DNA of 64,000 nucleotides from Vicinamibacteria bacterium (GTDB lineage: Bacteria > Acidobacteriota > Vicinamibacteria > Marinacidobacterales > Marinacidobacteraceae). Both the position numbers and the translations under genes were made by a program. Numbering within the stretch: position 1 is the first letter of the stretch; each line of letters starts with the position of its first letter. Where the stretch lies: NCBI GenBank assembly GCA_965199715.1, contig CBDATA010000001.1:32001-96000 (forward strand), written 5' to 3'. Below the pieces are notes generated by a model. The model saw only the letters and a list, made by a program, of their open reading frames with translations. It was not told the DNA's origin and did not search any database. This document shows positions 27,845 to 36,651 of the stretch, piece by piece.

Positions 27845-27918
27845 GGGCAGCGCTCTCCGATGACGGGCGACGCCGTTCGGGGCGCCGAGGATTTCCTTTT
27901 TCTGGAGGCGCGTCGGAG

Positions 27919-28479
27919 TCAGGCCCCGGCGGCGCGGGCGCGGAGACTATCGCAGACCCGCCGCCGGTACGCCCCGGCCGTCGAGCACAGCCCGGTCATC
28001 CACTCCCGATAGGGTCCGGCGTCGGCGGCCCGTTCGAACCCGCACCGCAGGAGGACCCGAGCCGAGGCGTCGTTGCCGGGCGCGACGAGCCCGAAGACTT
28101 CCGACTCCGGGGCCTTCCGGGCGAGGAAGTCGAGGAGCGCGCGGACGGTCTCGGTCGCGTATCCGCGTCCCCAGGCCGGGCGGGAGAGCACGTATCCGAT
28201 CTCGATGCGGCCGGGCGCGCGGCGGTGGATCGCCGCTCCCCCGCAGAGCGTCCCCGTGGCGCGCTCGACGATGGCCAGGTCGAGTTCCCGGGACGCGGGG
28301 TTCCGGGCGTTGCGGGAGGCCCGCACGACGAACCGGCGGGTCTCCTCGGGGTCGTTCGGCCCCCAGCGAAGGTAGCGCACGACCTCCGGATCGCCGGCGT
28401 ACTCCTGCACCGCGGGGAGGTCCGAAGGACGGAACGGGCGCAACCGCAACCGCTCCGAGAGCAGCTCGATCGGGGTCAT
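27919..28479 (-). CDS. RimJ/RimL-type GNAT N-acetyltransferase
   Basis: ATGA overlap at 28479; ERLRLRPF, EIGY, WGRGYATE, N.ASARVL.RCGF. Confidence 0.85.
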   Translation of the reverse strand: MTPIELLSERLRLRPFRPSDLPAVQEYAGDPEVVRYLRWGPNDPEETRRFVVRASRNARNPASRELDLAIVERATGTLCGGAAIHRRAPGRIEIGYVLSRPAWGRGYATETVRALLDFLARKAPESEVFGLVAPGNDASARVLLRCGFERAADAGPYREWMTGLCSTAGAYRRRVCDSLRARAAGA

Positions 28480-29789
28480 TCCGGGACGCGCCGGAAGCGC
28501 GTGCGGACTCCGCCCGCGGAGACGTGGAGGTCCTCGCCGCACTCGACGAGCCGGAAGGGGTCGCGTTCGGGATGGAATCGACCGTCCCCGACCGGGACCA
28601 GCCGGGCGCCGAACCCGCGGAGCTCGCCGTCCTCCACTGCGAGCGTCACCGGCGACCGGCCCGAGTTCCAGGTTCCGGCGCACGCCTCGAGTTCGTCGGG
28701 AGAGACCTCGACCTCCGCGACGACCGGTTGCGGCAAACCGAGGACCTCGCGGGCGATCCGGTTCTCGAGGAGGCCGGGCCGCGCGGAGCCGGCGTTCGCC
28801 AGCACCGCGATCCCGAGCTGGACATCGGGATACCACGCGAGCTGCGCCCGGAACCCGTTGATTCCGCCGCCGTGCGAAATCTTCGCCAGGTCGTGCTCGC
28901 GGCCCAAGCCGAGGCCGTAGCCGTAGTCGATCGGTTCGCCCCCGATCAGCTCGCCGCGGGCGGTCATCCGGTCCCGGCTCTCGGGGCGCACGGCGCGGCC
29001 CTCGACGAGCGCCCGCTGCCACGCGAGGAGGTCGAGGACCGAGGAACCGAGCGAGCCCGCGGCGTAGGGCAGCCGCATGCTCACCGGGTCGTCGTTGCGG
29101 AACCCGCCGCCGGGAAGCGCCTCGTAGCCCTCGGCCCGGCCGGGGATGATCGGATCGTTGTCGAGGTAGTGAGTGTCCCGAAGCGCCAGCGGCTCGAAGA
29201 ACCGTTTCTCGAGGAACGCCGCGTAGCTCGCGCCGGAGAGTCGTTCGAGGAGGACGCCGAGCAGGTAGTAGCCGGAGTTGTTGTACTGGTAGCGGTCGCC
29301 CGGCTCGAATTCGAAGGGAGGCGCGGAGAAGAGGTCCATCATCTCCCGGTGGTCGAGATCGAGCCGGGCCCGGCTCCAGAACTCGGGCATCTCCGTGTAC
29401 CCCTTGATCCCCGACGTGTGGTTCAGCAACCGCTCGACCGGAATCCGGAAGCCGCGGGCGTCGTAATCCGGCAGGTAGTCGGTGAAGTCGGCCGCGAGGT
29501 CCAGCTTCCCCTCCTCGACGAGCAGCATGGCCGCCGCGGCGGTGAATTGCTTGGTGACCGACCCGATCCGATAGACGGTCGCGGCGGTCGCGGGAACCTC
29601 GTTCTCGAGGTCGGCGAACCCGAATCCCTCGGCGAAGAGGACCTCCCCCGCGCGCTGGACCGCAACCGAGACGCCGGGCGAGGGGTCTTCGGCCATCGCC
29701 TCGAGGACGAGCCGCCGGATCCCTTCGTCGATCGCGCGCGGGGGCGCGCCGCACCCGAGGAGGATCAGGACCGCGGGAACCCAGCGCAT
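28476..29789 (-). CDS. Serine hydrolase, beta-lactamase/AmpC-like (S12) lipoprotein
   Basis: Lipobox ILLGC; SVTK (SxxK), LLNHTSG, YNN, HGG motifs. Confidence 0.88.
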   Translation of the reverse strand: MRWVPAVLILLGCGAPPRAIDEGIRRLVLEAMAEDPSPGVSVAVQRAGEVLFAEGFGFADLENEVPATAATVYRIGSVTKQFTAAAAMLLVEEGKLDLAADFTDYLPDYDARGFRIPVERLLNHTSGIKGYTEMPEFWSRARLDLDHREMMDLFSAPPFEFEPGDRYQYNNSGYYLLGVLLERLSGASYAAFLEKRFFEPLALRDTHYLDNDPIIPGRAEGYEALPGGGFRNDDPVSMRLPYAAGSLGSSVLDLLAWQRALVEGRAVRPESRDRMTARGELIGGEPIDYGYGLGLGREHDLAKISHGGGINGFRAQLAWYPDVQLGIAVLANAGSARPGLLENRIAREVLGLPQPVVAEVEVSPDELEACAGTWNSGRSPVTLAVEDGELRGFGARLVPVGDGRFHPERDPFRLVECGEDLHVSAGGVRTRFRRVPE

Positions 29790-29810
29790 GGCCGCCGATG
29801 ATAGGCGCGG

Positions 29811-31688
29811 TCAGGAACGAATCCGGCGGACGTTCCCGACCCGCAGGGTGACCCGCTCGCGATCCAGCCACTCGAGGAGCGGGATGGCGCGCTTCCGGCT
29901 GAGCCCGAACCGCTCCTTGAACCAGGCCACGTCGATTTCGGCCCCGGCGCGCTCGGCGAGCGTCCGGCGAAGCCCCTCGATCGCCGCCGCGTCGAAGTGG
30001 AGGTCGGGGCTGACGGCGACCGCCCGGCCGTCGGCGACGAGGAGCCGCCGCAGCGCGTCCAGGAGCGCGACCGACGCGCCGACGGTCCGGGCCGCATCGG
30101 AAAGCGTCGGCGGCTTCAGGCCCGACTCGGCGAGCAGCGCGGCGTAGCCGTCGAGGACGGCGCGCTCGGCCGGCGTCAGCTCCACTTCCCGCCCGGCGGT
30201 GCGGACCGCGCCGCCTGCGATCTCGATCCGGCCCGCCCGCCGCAGCCCGTGGAGGATGCGGTCCGCGGTGGCGGCTGCGACTCCCAGGCGCTCGCGAAGC
30301 TCTTCGACCCCCATGCCGGCCCGCAGGCGGTGCTCGCGCTCGAGGCGGGCGAGCCGGGCCAGAAGGCGCTCCTCCAGCAGGCGCGTGGCCGAGGTCGCGA
30401 GCAGCACGTCCCCGTCGTCGGCCTCGCCCGCCTCCACGAGCGTCCGGACGACCCCGGCGGCGCTGGCCAGCCCGAGCCGCCGGGCGAGGTCTTCCGGGGT
30501 CATCCCGGACGGCCCGGCCTCCTCCAGAAACCGCAGACCCACGTCCGTCGGGCCGGCGCGCAGCGCCTCGACCGCCCGAAGCTGGCCTTCGCTCCTCGGC
30601 GAGCGTTTCGGGGGAAGCGCGTCGAGGACGAGCCCGCCGCCGATCGTCACCACCGGGGAGTAGCGACGGATGATGAACCGGTCCCCGCGGGCGGCGACGA
30701 GCGGCGACTCCAGCCGAAGCTGCGCCGGCGCGGTCCCGCCCGGCGGCAGCGCGCGGCGGCCGCCCAGAAGGCGCACGCGCGCCAGTACGGCCGCCGCCCC
30801 GAGGTGGAGGTGGACCCGCGCCTCGTCGGCGACGGGCGCGGAGGCCCAGTCCACGACCTCGAGGTCGGCGTCCAGCATCCGGGTGGCCCGCAGCGCGTCC
30901 GGCGCGGCGACGACCGATCCCCGGGCGACGTCGATGCGCGACGCGCCCGCGAGGTTCAGCGCGGCGCGCTGGCCGACGGAGGCGCCCTCGACCGGCGATC
31001 CGTGCACCTGGACGCCCCGCACCCGCGCCCGTCCGCCGCCGGGCAGCACGGCGACCTCGTCGCCGGCGCGAACCCGCCCGGAAACGAGCGTCCCGGTGAC
31101 CACCGCTCCGAAGCCGCGGACCGAGAACACCCGGTCCACGGGAAGCCGGAACGGCCCCTCGGGATCGCGCCGGGGCGCTCGGTCCGCCGCCTCGACGAGC
31201 GCCGTCCGCAGGCGACCCAGCCCCTCGCCGCTGGCCGACGACACGGGCAGGATGGGCGCGTCCTCGAGCGGGCCGCCGGCGAGCGCGTCGGCGACCTCGA
31301 GGCCGACGAGCTCCACGAGATCGGGATCGTCCACGAGGTCCACCCGGGTGAGGGCCACGACCGCCGCGGTGACCCCGAGCAGCCGGCAAATGGACAGGTG
31401 CTCGACCGTCTGCGGCATGACCGACTCGTCGGCGGCCACCACGAGCAGCATCACGTCGAACCCCGCCGCGCCGGCGAGCATGTTGCGGACGAACTTCTCG
31501 TGGCCAGGCACGTCCACGAACCCGATCCGGAGGTCGCCGAGGTCGAGATGCGCGAACCCGAGGTCGATCGTGATGCCCCGCGCCTTCTCCTCGGCGAGCC
31601 GGTCGGGGTCGATCCCGGTCAGCGCCCGCACCAGCGAGCTCTTGCCGTGGTCGATGTGACCCGCGGTCCCGACGACGACGTGGCGCAT
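29811..31688 (-). CDS. selB: Selenocysteine-specific translation elongation factor
   Basis: ATG 31688; [34 protein letters not shown]-terminal winged helix [15 protein letters not shown]. Confidence 0.95.
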   Translation of the reverse strand: MRHVVVGTAGHIDHGKSSLVRALTGIDPDRLAEEKARGITIDLGFAHLDLGDLRIGFVDVPGHEKFVRNMLAGAAGFDVMLLVVAADESVMPQTVEHLSICRLLGVTAAVVALTRVDLVDDPDLVELVGLEVADALAGGPLEDAPILPVSSASGEGLGRLRTALVEAADRAPRRDPEGPFRLPVDRVFSVRGFGAVVTGTLVSGRVRAGDEVAVLPGGGRARVRGVQVHGSPVEGASVGQRAALNLAGASRIDVARGSVVAAPDALRATRMLDADLEVVDWASAPVADEARVHLHLGAAAVLARVRLLGGRRALPPGGTAPAQLRLESPLVAARGDRFIIRRYSPVVTIGGGLVLDALPPKRSPRSEGQLRAVEALRAGPTDVGLRFLEEAGPSGMTPEDLARRLGLASAAGVVRTLVEAGEADDGDVLLATSATRLLEERLLARLARLEREHRLRAGMGVEELRERLGVAAATADRILHGLRRAGRIEIAGGAVRTAGREVELTPAERAVLDGYAALLAESGLKPPTLSDAARTVGASVALLDALRRLLVADGRAVAVSPDLHFDAAAIEGLRRTLAERAGAEIDVAWFKERFGLSRKRAIPLLEWLDRERVTLRVGNVRRIRS

Positions 31689-31695
31689 TCGGGTG

Positions 31696-31703
31696 AAGAT
31701 AAT
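31696..31703. promoter_or_regulatory. Overlapping bidirectional -10 boxes (TATCTT minus / GATAAT plus)
   Basis: Each hexamer lies 7 nt from its ATG (selB 31688; 31711) in a 22-bp divergent gap with no SD. Confidence 0.6.
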
Positions 31704-31710
31704 CCGCTCC

Positions 31711-32565
31711 ATGATCCGTCGCGCTCTCGTTTTCCTGCTCGCCGCTGCTCCGGCGCTCGGCCAGACCGGTCCGCAACTGGGACCCGAGCGGGGGTCGCTC
31801 GTCATCGTCGGGGGCGCGCTCCGGAGCGCGGAGATCCTCGAGCGGTTCATGGACCTCGCCGGCGGCCCCGAAGCGCCGCTCGTCATCATTCCGACCGCCG
31901 GCGGCGAGGAGGAGTACGACGAGTGGTACGCCGGCGCCCGCCGCTTCCGCGACATGGGGGCGACCGACGTCACCGTGATCCACACGAAGGATCGGGGCGA
32001 GGCGGACAGCGAGGAGTTCGTCGCGCCCATCCGGCGGGCGCGCGCGGTCTGGTTCCCCGGCGGGAGGCAGTGGCGGCTCGTGGACTCCTACGCCGACACC
32101 CGCACCGAGCAGGAGCTCCACGCCGTGCTGGCGCGGGGAGGCGTCATCGGCGGCTCGTCCGCGGGCGCGACGATCCAAGGCGAGTACCTCGCCCGGGGCG
32201 ACACGTCGGCGAACACGATCATGATGGGGGATCACGAGGAGGGCTTCTCCTTCGTCCGCGGCGTGGCCATCGACCAGCACCTGCTGGTGCGCAACCGGCA
32301 CTTCGACATGCTGGAGATCCTCGAGGCGCACCCGCAGCTTCTCGGGATCGGGATCGACGAGGACACCGCGATGGTCGTGCGCGGCAACGGGTTCGAGGTG
32401 ATCGGCTCGGGCTACGTCGCCATCTACGACAACACCCGGGTTCTCCCGAACGGCGGCGGCTTCTACTTCCTGATGCCCGGCGACCGGTACGACCTCGGTT
32501 CGCGCGAACCGTCGCGCCGCCAGTTCGGCGGCGACGCCTTCCGGACGACCGTCAGGAGACGCTGA
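31711..32565 (+). CDS. Secreted cyanophycinase-like peptidase (S51)
   Basis: Signal peptide; LVIVGG, IIPTA, FPGGRQWRL, GSSAG, IDQH, GIGIDEDT. Confidence 0.88.
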   Translation: MIRRALVFLLAAAPALGQTGPQLGPERGSLVIVGGALRSAEILERFMDLAGGPEAPLVIIPTAGGEEEYDEWYAGARRFRDMGATDVTVIHTKDRGEADSEEFVAPIRRARAVWFPGGRQWRLVDSYADTRTEQELHAVLARGGVIGGSSAGATIQGEYLARGDTSANTIMMGDHEEGFSFVRGVAIDQHLLVRNRHFDMLEILEAHPQLLGIGIDEDTAMVVRGNGFEVIGSGYVAIYDNTRVLPNGGGFYFLMPGDRYDLGSREPSRRQFGGDAFRTTVRRR

Positions 32566-33352
32566 GCCCCTCGCCGGGGAGCGCCGGCTCGAACGCGAAC
32601 GCCCCGTCCTCGAGCCGCATCGCGGTGAGGAAGGCTCCCCAGACGCACCCCGAGTCCAGACCGATCGCCCGCTCGGCGACGACGAGCCCGAGCGCGGCCC
32701 AGTGCCCGAACACGACCCTCGGGCCTTCCGGGCGCCGGGCCTCGAACCACGTCCGGGCGCCCGGCGGGAGATCCTCCGGCGTCCCGTCGAAGCCGAAGAC
32801 CGGCTCGCCGGAACGATCCACCGCCCGCAGCCGGGTCAGGACCGAGGCGGTTTCCGCCGCCTCGCCGGTTCCGTCCGCTCTGGCGCGAACCCGGTAGAGC
32901 TCCCGGAGGAAGCGCCGCCGATCCGTGCGGAGCGCGGCCTCGGCCGCCTGCGCGCGCCGGGCCGCCTCCCCGAGGCTCCACGCCGGCGGAATCCCCGCGT
33001 GGACGACGACATGCCCGTCGGCTTCGAGCAGGAACGGACGCCGGGCGAGCCAGTCGCACAGCTCCGGCCCGTCGGGGGCGTCCAGAATGGGTTTCAGCGT
33101 GTCCCGGTGGGCCGGCTTCCGGACTCCCGCCGCCTGCGCGAGCAGGTGGAGGTCATGGTTTCCGAGCACCGATTCCACGCAGTCCCCGTGGTCGCGGGCC
33201 CAGCGGAGCATTCCGAGCGAGTCGGGGCCCCGGTTCACGAGATCGCCGACGAACGAGATCCGGTCGCGCCCGTCGCGGAAGTCGATCCGGGCGAGCAGCC
33301 GCCGAAAGGCGCCGAAGCAGCCCTGCACGTCGCCGACGGCCCAATGCGCCAT
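32552..33352 (-). CDS. apaH: Symmetrical bis(5'-nucleosyl)-tetraphosphatase
   Basis: GDVQGC, GDLVNRGPDS, GNHDLHL, VHAGI, FGHWAALG, LDSGCVWG. Confidence 0.93.
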   Translation of the reverse strand: MAHWAVGDVQGCFGAFRRLLARIDFRDGRDRISFVGDLVNRGPDSLGMLRWARDHGDCVESVLGNHDLHLLAQAAGVRKPAHRDTLKPILDAPDGPELCDWLARRPFLLEADGHVVVHAGIPPAWSLGEAARRAQAAEAALRTDRRRFLRELYRVRARADGTGEAAETASVLTRLRAVDRSGEPVFGFDGTPEDLPPGARTWFEARRPEGPRVVFGHWAALGLVVAERAIGLDSGCVWGAFLTAMRLEDGAFAFEPALPGEGLSVS

Positions 33353-33373
33353 GGGCGGGGGATACTAGGCCCC

Positions 33374-34864
33374 GTGAACGAGCCTGGCGAGCCGGCGCGA
33401 CCCTTCGCCGCCGCCGACCTCGGGTCGCGCAGCTTCCACCTGACGGTCGCCCGAGTCCACCGGGACTCGATCGAGGTCGTGGACCGCGTGCGGGAGCCGG
33501 TCCGCCTCGCCGCCGGCCTCGAGAACCGCGCCATCCGCGAGGAGACCCGGCAACGGGCGCTTCCCGCGCTCGCCCGGATCGGCGAGCGGATTCGGGAGAT
33601 TCCGCCCGATCACGTGCGGGTCGTCGGAACGAACACCTTCCGCCAGCTTCGCGACCCGCGCCCGGTGCTGGAGGAGGCGCGGCGGATCCTCGGGCACCGG
33701 GTCGAGATCATCTCGGGCGTCGAGGAGGCGCGCCTCATCTACCTCGGGGTGACGCGGTCCCGGCCAGAGTCCGGCGAGCGGAACCTCGTGGTGGATATCG
33801 GGGGCGGCAGCACCGAGATCGCGGTCGGGCACGAGGACGTGCTGCTCATGGCGGAAAGCCTGTTCATGGGCTGCATCGGATTCTCGACGCGGTTCTTCCC
33901 CGACGGCGCGGTGACCCCCGAGGGCTTCGAGGCCGCCGAGACCGAGGCGCGGCGCGAACTCCAGACCGCCGAGCACCGCCTCCGGCAGGTGGGCTGGGAG
34001 AACGCGCTCGGCGGCTCGGGGACGATCCGGGCGGCCGGGCAGCTCATGGAGCCGCCCGGACCGGTCACGCCCGAGGGGCTGCTCCGGCTGCGCCGCCGCC
34101 TCATCGCCGAGCCGGAGACCGTGCCCGAGGTTCCGAAGTTCTCGCGCAACCGGGTCGTGGATCTCGCCGCCGGCGTCGCCATCCTCCGCGCGACCGTCGA
34201 GACGCTCGGCGTGGACGCGATCGAGCCGGCGGAGGGGGCGCTGCGGGAGGGCGTCCTCCACGACCTCCTCGGCCGGAATCGCCACCGGGACGTGCGGGAC
34301 GCGACCATCGAGAGCCTCGTGGCGCAGTACCGGGTGGACCGGCGCCAGGCGATCCGGGTCGCGACGGTGGCCGCCGCCGGGCTGCGGCAGGTCCGGGATG
34401 CGTGGAAGCTGACCGGCGAGACCCACGCCCGCTTCCTCCGCTGGGCGGCGGACCTGCACGAGATCGGGCTCTCGCTCTCGTTCAGCGGGCACCACCGCCA
34501 CGGCGCCTACATCGTGCGGAACTCCGAGATGCCCGGCTTCTCGAGGGACGACCGCGAGCTTCTGGCGGCGCTCATCCAGTCGCACCGCCAGCGCCTCGAG
34601 CCCGAGCGGTTCGCCAGCCTGACCGTCGTCGGGAGGAAGGCCGCGATCCGGCTCGCGGCGATCCTGCGCATCGCGGTGCTGCTCTGCCGGCGGCGCAGCC
34701 CCGAACCCCTGCCCCGCATCCGGGCGACCGCGTCCGGGAAGCTCCTCGACCTGGCGTTTCCCAAGGGCTGGCTCAGCGGCCATCAGCTCACGCTCGCCAA
34801 CCTGCGGCGCGAGCGGGAGGCGCTCGAAGCGGTGGGCATCCGGCTGCGGCTCAGTCCACGATGA
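33374..34864 (+). CDS. ppx: Exopolyphosphatase Ppx/GppA
   Basis: GTG 33374; DLGSRSFHL, ISGVEEARLIYLG, DIGGGSTE, ALREG, LHEIG HD-like domain. Confidence 0.92.
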   Translation: MNEPGEPARPFAAADLGSRSFHLTVARVHRDSIEVVDRVREPVRLAAGLENRAIREETRQRALPALARIGERIREIPPDHVRVVGTNTFRQLRDPRPVLEEARRILGHRVEIISGVEEARLIYLGVTRSRPESGERNLVVDIGGGSTEIAVGHEDVLLMAESLFMGCIGFSTRFFPDGAVTPEGFEAAETEARRELQTAEHRLRQVGWENALGGSGTIRAAGQLMEPPGPVTPEGLLRLRRRLIAEPETVPEVPKFSRNRVVDLAAGVAILRATVETLGVDAIEPAEGALREGVLHDLLGRNRHRDVRDATIESLVAQYRVDRRQAIRVATVAAAGLRQVRDAWKLTGETHARFLRWAADLHEIGLSLSFSGHHRHGAYIVRNSEMPGFSRDDRELLAALIQSHRQRLEPERFASLTVVGRKAAIRLAAILRIAVLLCRRRSPEPLPRIRATASGKLLDLAFPKGWLSGHQLTLANLRREREALEAVGIRLRLSPR

Positions 34865-35357
34865 AGCTGTAGATCTTGAACTGACCGCCCCGCTCCAGCA
34901 TGGAGCCGAACAGGCGCAGCGTCCGCTCGCGTCCGTCGGGCGCGCGGACGACAACGCGGGAATCCCGGTGGACGCGAAAGGCGCCGAAGTCGGTCGTCCC
35001 GCCTTCGAACGAGAGCTCGACGAGCTCCCACTCCTGCCCCCGGAAGCGGCCGAACGTCCGGTCGAGGTCCGCCGACTGGCGCATCCCGTGCCGGAACCAG
35101 AGGAAGTCGGCGGAGGTGTTTCGCTCGGACCGGCTCGCCGGCAGACCCGGATACACGAGGTTCCGGAACTCGTCCTCGCTCACCGAGAGCGCGAGGAGGC
35201 CGTCCCGGTCCTCCGCCTCGAGCCGGTCGAGCGCCGCCCGCGCGGCGGCCTCCGGGGTCGGGCGCCCGTTCTCCAGACCGGCGCCGCCGCAGGCCGCGGC
35301 CAGGAGCAGCAGGGCGGCCGTCAGTTGGACGCGAAGCTGGTCCAGCCCGTCCACCAT
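34851..35357 (-). CDS. Hypothetical lipoprotein
   Basis: Lipobox LAAAC; globular-looking 168-aa ORF, last gene of the TBDR operon. Confidence 0.7.
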   Translation of the reverse strand: MVDGLDQLRVQLTAALLLLAAACGGAGLENGRPTPEAAARAALDRLEAEDRDGLLALSVSEDEFRNLVYPGLPASRSERNTSADFLWFRHGMRQSADLDRTFGRFRGQEWELVELSFEGGTTDFGAFRVHRDSRVVVRAPDGRERTLRLFGSMLERGGQFKIYSFIVD

Positions 35358-36640
35358 TCGTCGCCCACGTCGCAGGCGCCGATGAAGTTGACCGGTTCGA
35401 AGAAACCGTCGTTCGGCGGCATGGCCGCGCCGATGAGCGCCGGCGAGCTTTCGACCGGGCAGACCGCGAGCGCGTCCTCGCCGGGCAGGTAATACGGGCG
35501 GTCTAGCATCGGGTCCGCTTCGCGGATGTCCCGCTGCGCCATGATGAAGTCCATCGTGCCGAAGGCGGGCGGAGGATCCTCTGACCCGTCGTCGTCGAAA
35601 TTCCCGCCGCCGTTCTCCCAGAAGATGGAGTTGCGCAGGGTGAGCAGGCCGCCTTCAGCGTGCCCGTAGGTGACCGCGTCGTCCACGTCGAGGCCGACTT
35701 CCTTGAAGCCCATCACGATGAAATTCCCGAGGTCGCCGGCGGTTCCCTCGCGGAGCAGCACGCCGACGTCGCTCTCGTCGCCCGTCTCGGTTCCCGGATC
35801 GCCGATCAGGGTGACGTTGTAGAGCGTCGGGTTCGCGTACGGCAGGAGGTCGTTGTTCTCGGCGTTGCTGTCGGCCTCGATTCCCTGGTCGGCGTCGTCG
35901 CCGCGCTGCCGCGCGATCCAGAACTGGCCGCGGCCGGTCCAGCCCTCGGTCCAGTCGAAGCTGTCGTCGCCGATCCCGGTGCAGACCACCCGCCTCGCGT
36001 CCACCGTCCCTCCGAAGAACTCCACGCCGTCGTCCTTGCTGAGATGGACCTGGACGGAATCGACCACGGTGCCGCTCCCCACGCCCTGGAACGCGACGCC
36101 GTTGAGCTCGTTGTCCGGGCTGAGTTCGCTCCCGGCGAACTCGACCCGGACGTACCGGAGCACGCCGCTGTCGTCGGCCGGATCGTCGCCGCCGTAGGCG
36201 CCGGTGCCCCCCTCGCCCTCCGCTTCGTTGCCGGGGATGTTCAGGGGAGCGCGGCCGTTGATGATGAGTCCGCCCCAGTCGCCGCGGGCGCGGAAGCCCA
36301 CTTCCTGATCGCTCGTGAAGACGATGGGCGCGTCCGGCGCGCCGTCGGCCACGAGGCGTCCCCCCCGGGCCACGACGAGCGCGCCGTTGGTCGCGCCCTC
36401 GCCGTAGATCGTGGTTCCCGCCTCGATGGTGAGGGTGGCTCCGTCGGCGACGAAGACCGCCCCTCGAAGCAGGTACGACACGTCGGCGGTCAGGGTCATG
36501 TCGGCGGCGATCTCGCCCGACAGGATCGTGGGCGCGTCGGGATCAGGCGCCGGAGCGGGCGCGGGGGCCGGCGCGCTCGCGGTCTCGTCGCACGCGGCTC
36601 CGAAGAGGCCGAGGACGACGATCAGGGTCGCGAAGCGCAT
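35321..36640 (-). CDS. Acidic lipoprotein with probable right-handed beta-helix, TBDR-associated
   Basis: ATG 36640, lipobox FGAAC; GATLTIEAGT, PIVFTS, GDWGGLII.G, DDSGVLRYVRVEFAG, DDGVEFFGG, DDSFDW. Confidence 0.85.
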   Translation of the reverse strand: MRFATLIVVLGLFGAACDETASAPAPAPAPAPDPDAPTILSGEIAADMTLTADVSYLLRGAVFVADGATLTIEAGTTIYGEGATNGALVVARGGRLVADGAPDAPIVFTSDQEVGFRARGDWGGLIINGRAPLNIPGNEAEGEGGTGAYGGDDPADDSGVLRYVRVEFAGSELSPDNELNGVAFQGVGSGTVVDSVQVHLSKDDGVEFFGGTVDARRVVCTGIGDDSFDWTEGWTGRGQFWIARQRGDDADQGIEADSNAENNDLLPYANPTLYNVTLIGDPGTETGDESDVGVLLREGTAGDLGNFIVMGFKEVGLDVDDAVTYGHAEGGLLTLRNSIFWENGGGNFDDDGSEDPPPAFGTMDFIMAQRDIREADPMLDRPYYLPGEDALAVCPVESSPALIGAAMPPNDGFFEPVNFIGACDVGDEWWTGWTSFASN

Positions 36641-36651
36641 GAGCCCGCCGG

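Noticed and set aside
28476-29789. Antibiotic-resistance beta-lactamase call
   Set aside because: Motifs fit the broad S12 serine hydrolase family; nothing specific for a true AmpC
27919-32331. 1470-aa minus-strand ORF
   Set aside because: High-GC shadow frame over selB, the serine hydrolase and the cyanophycinase; only the last 186 aa (GNAT) look real
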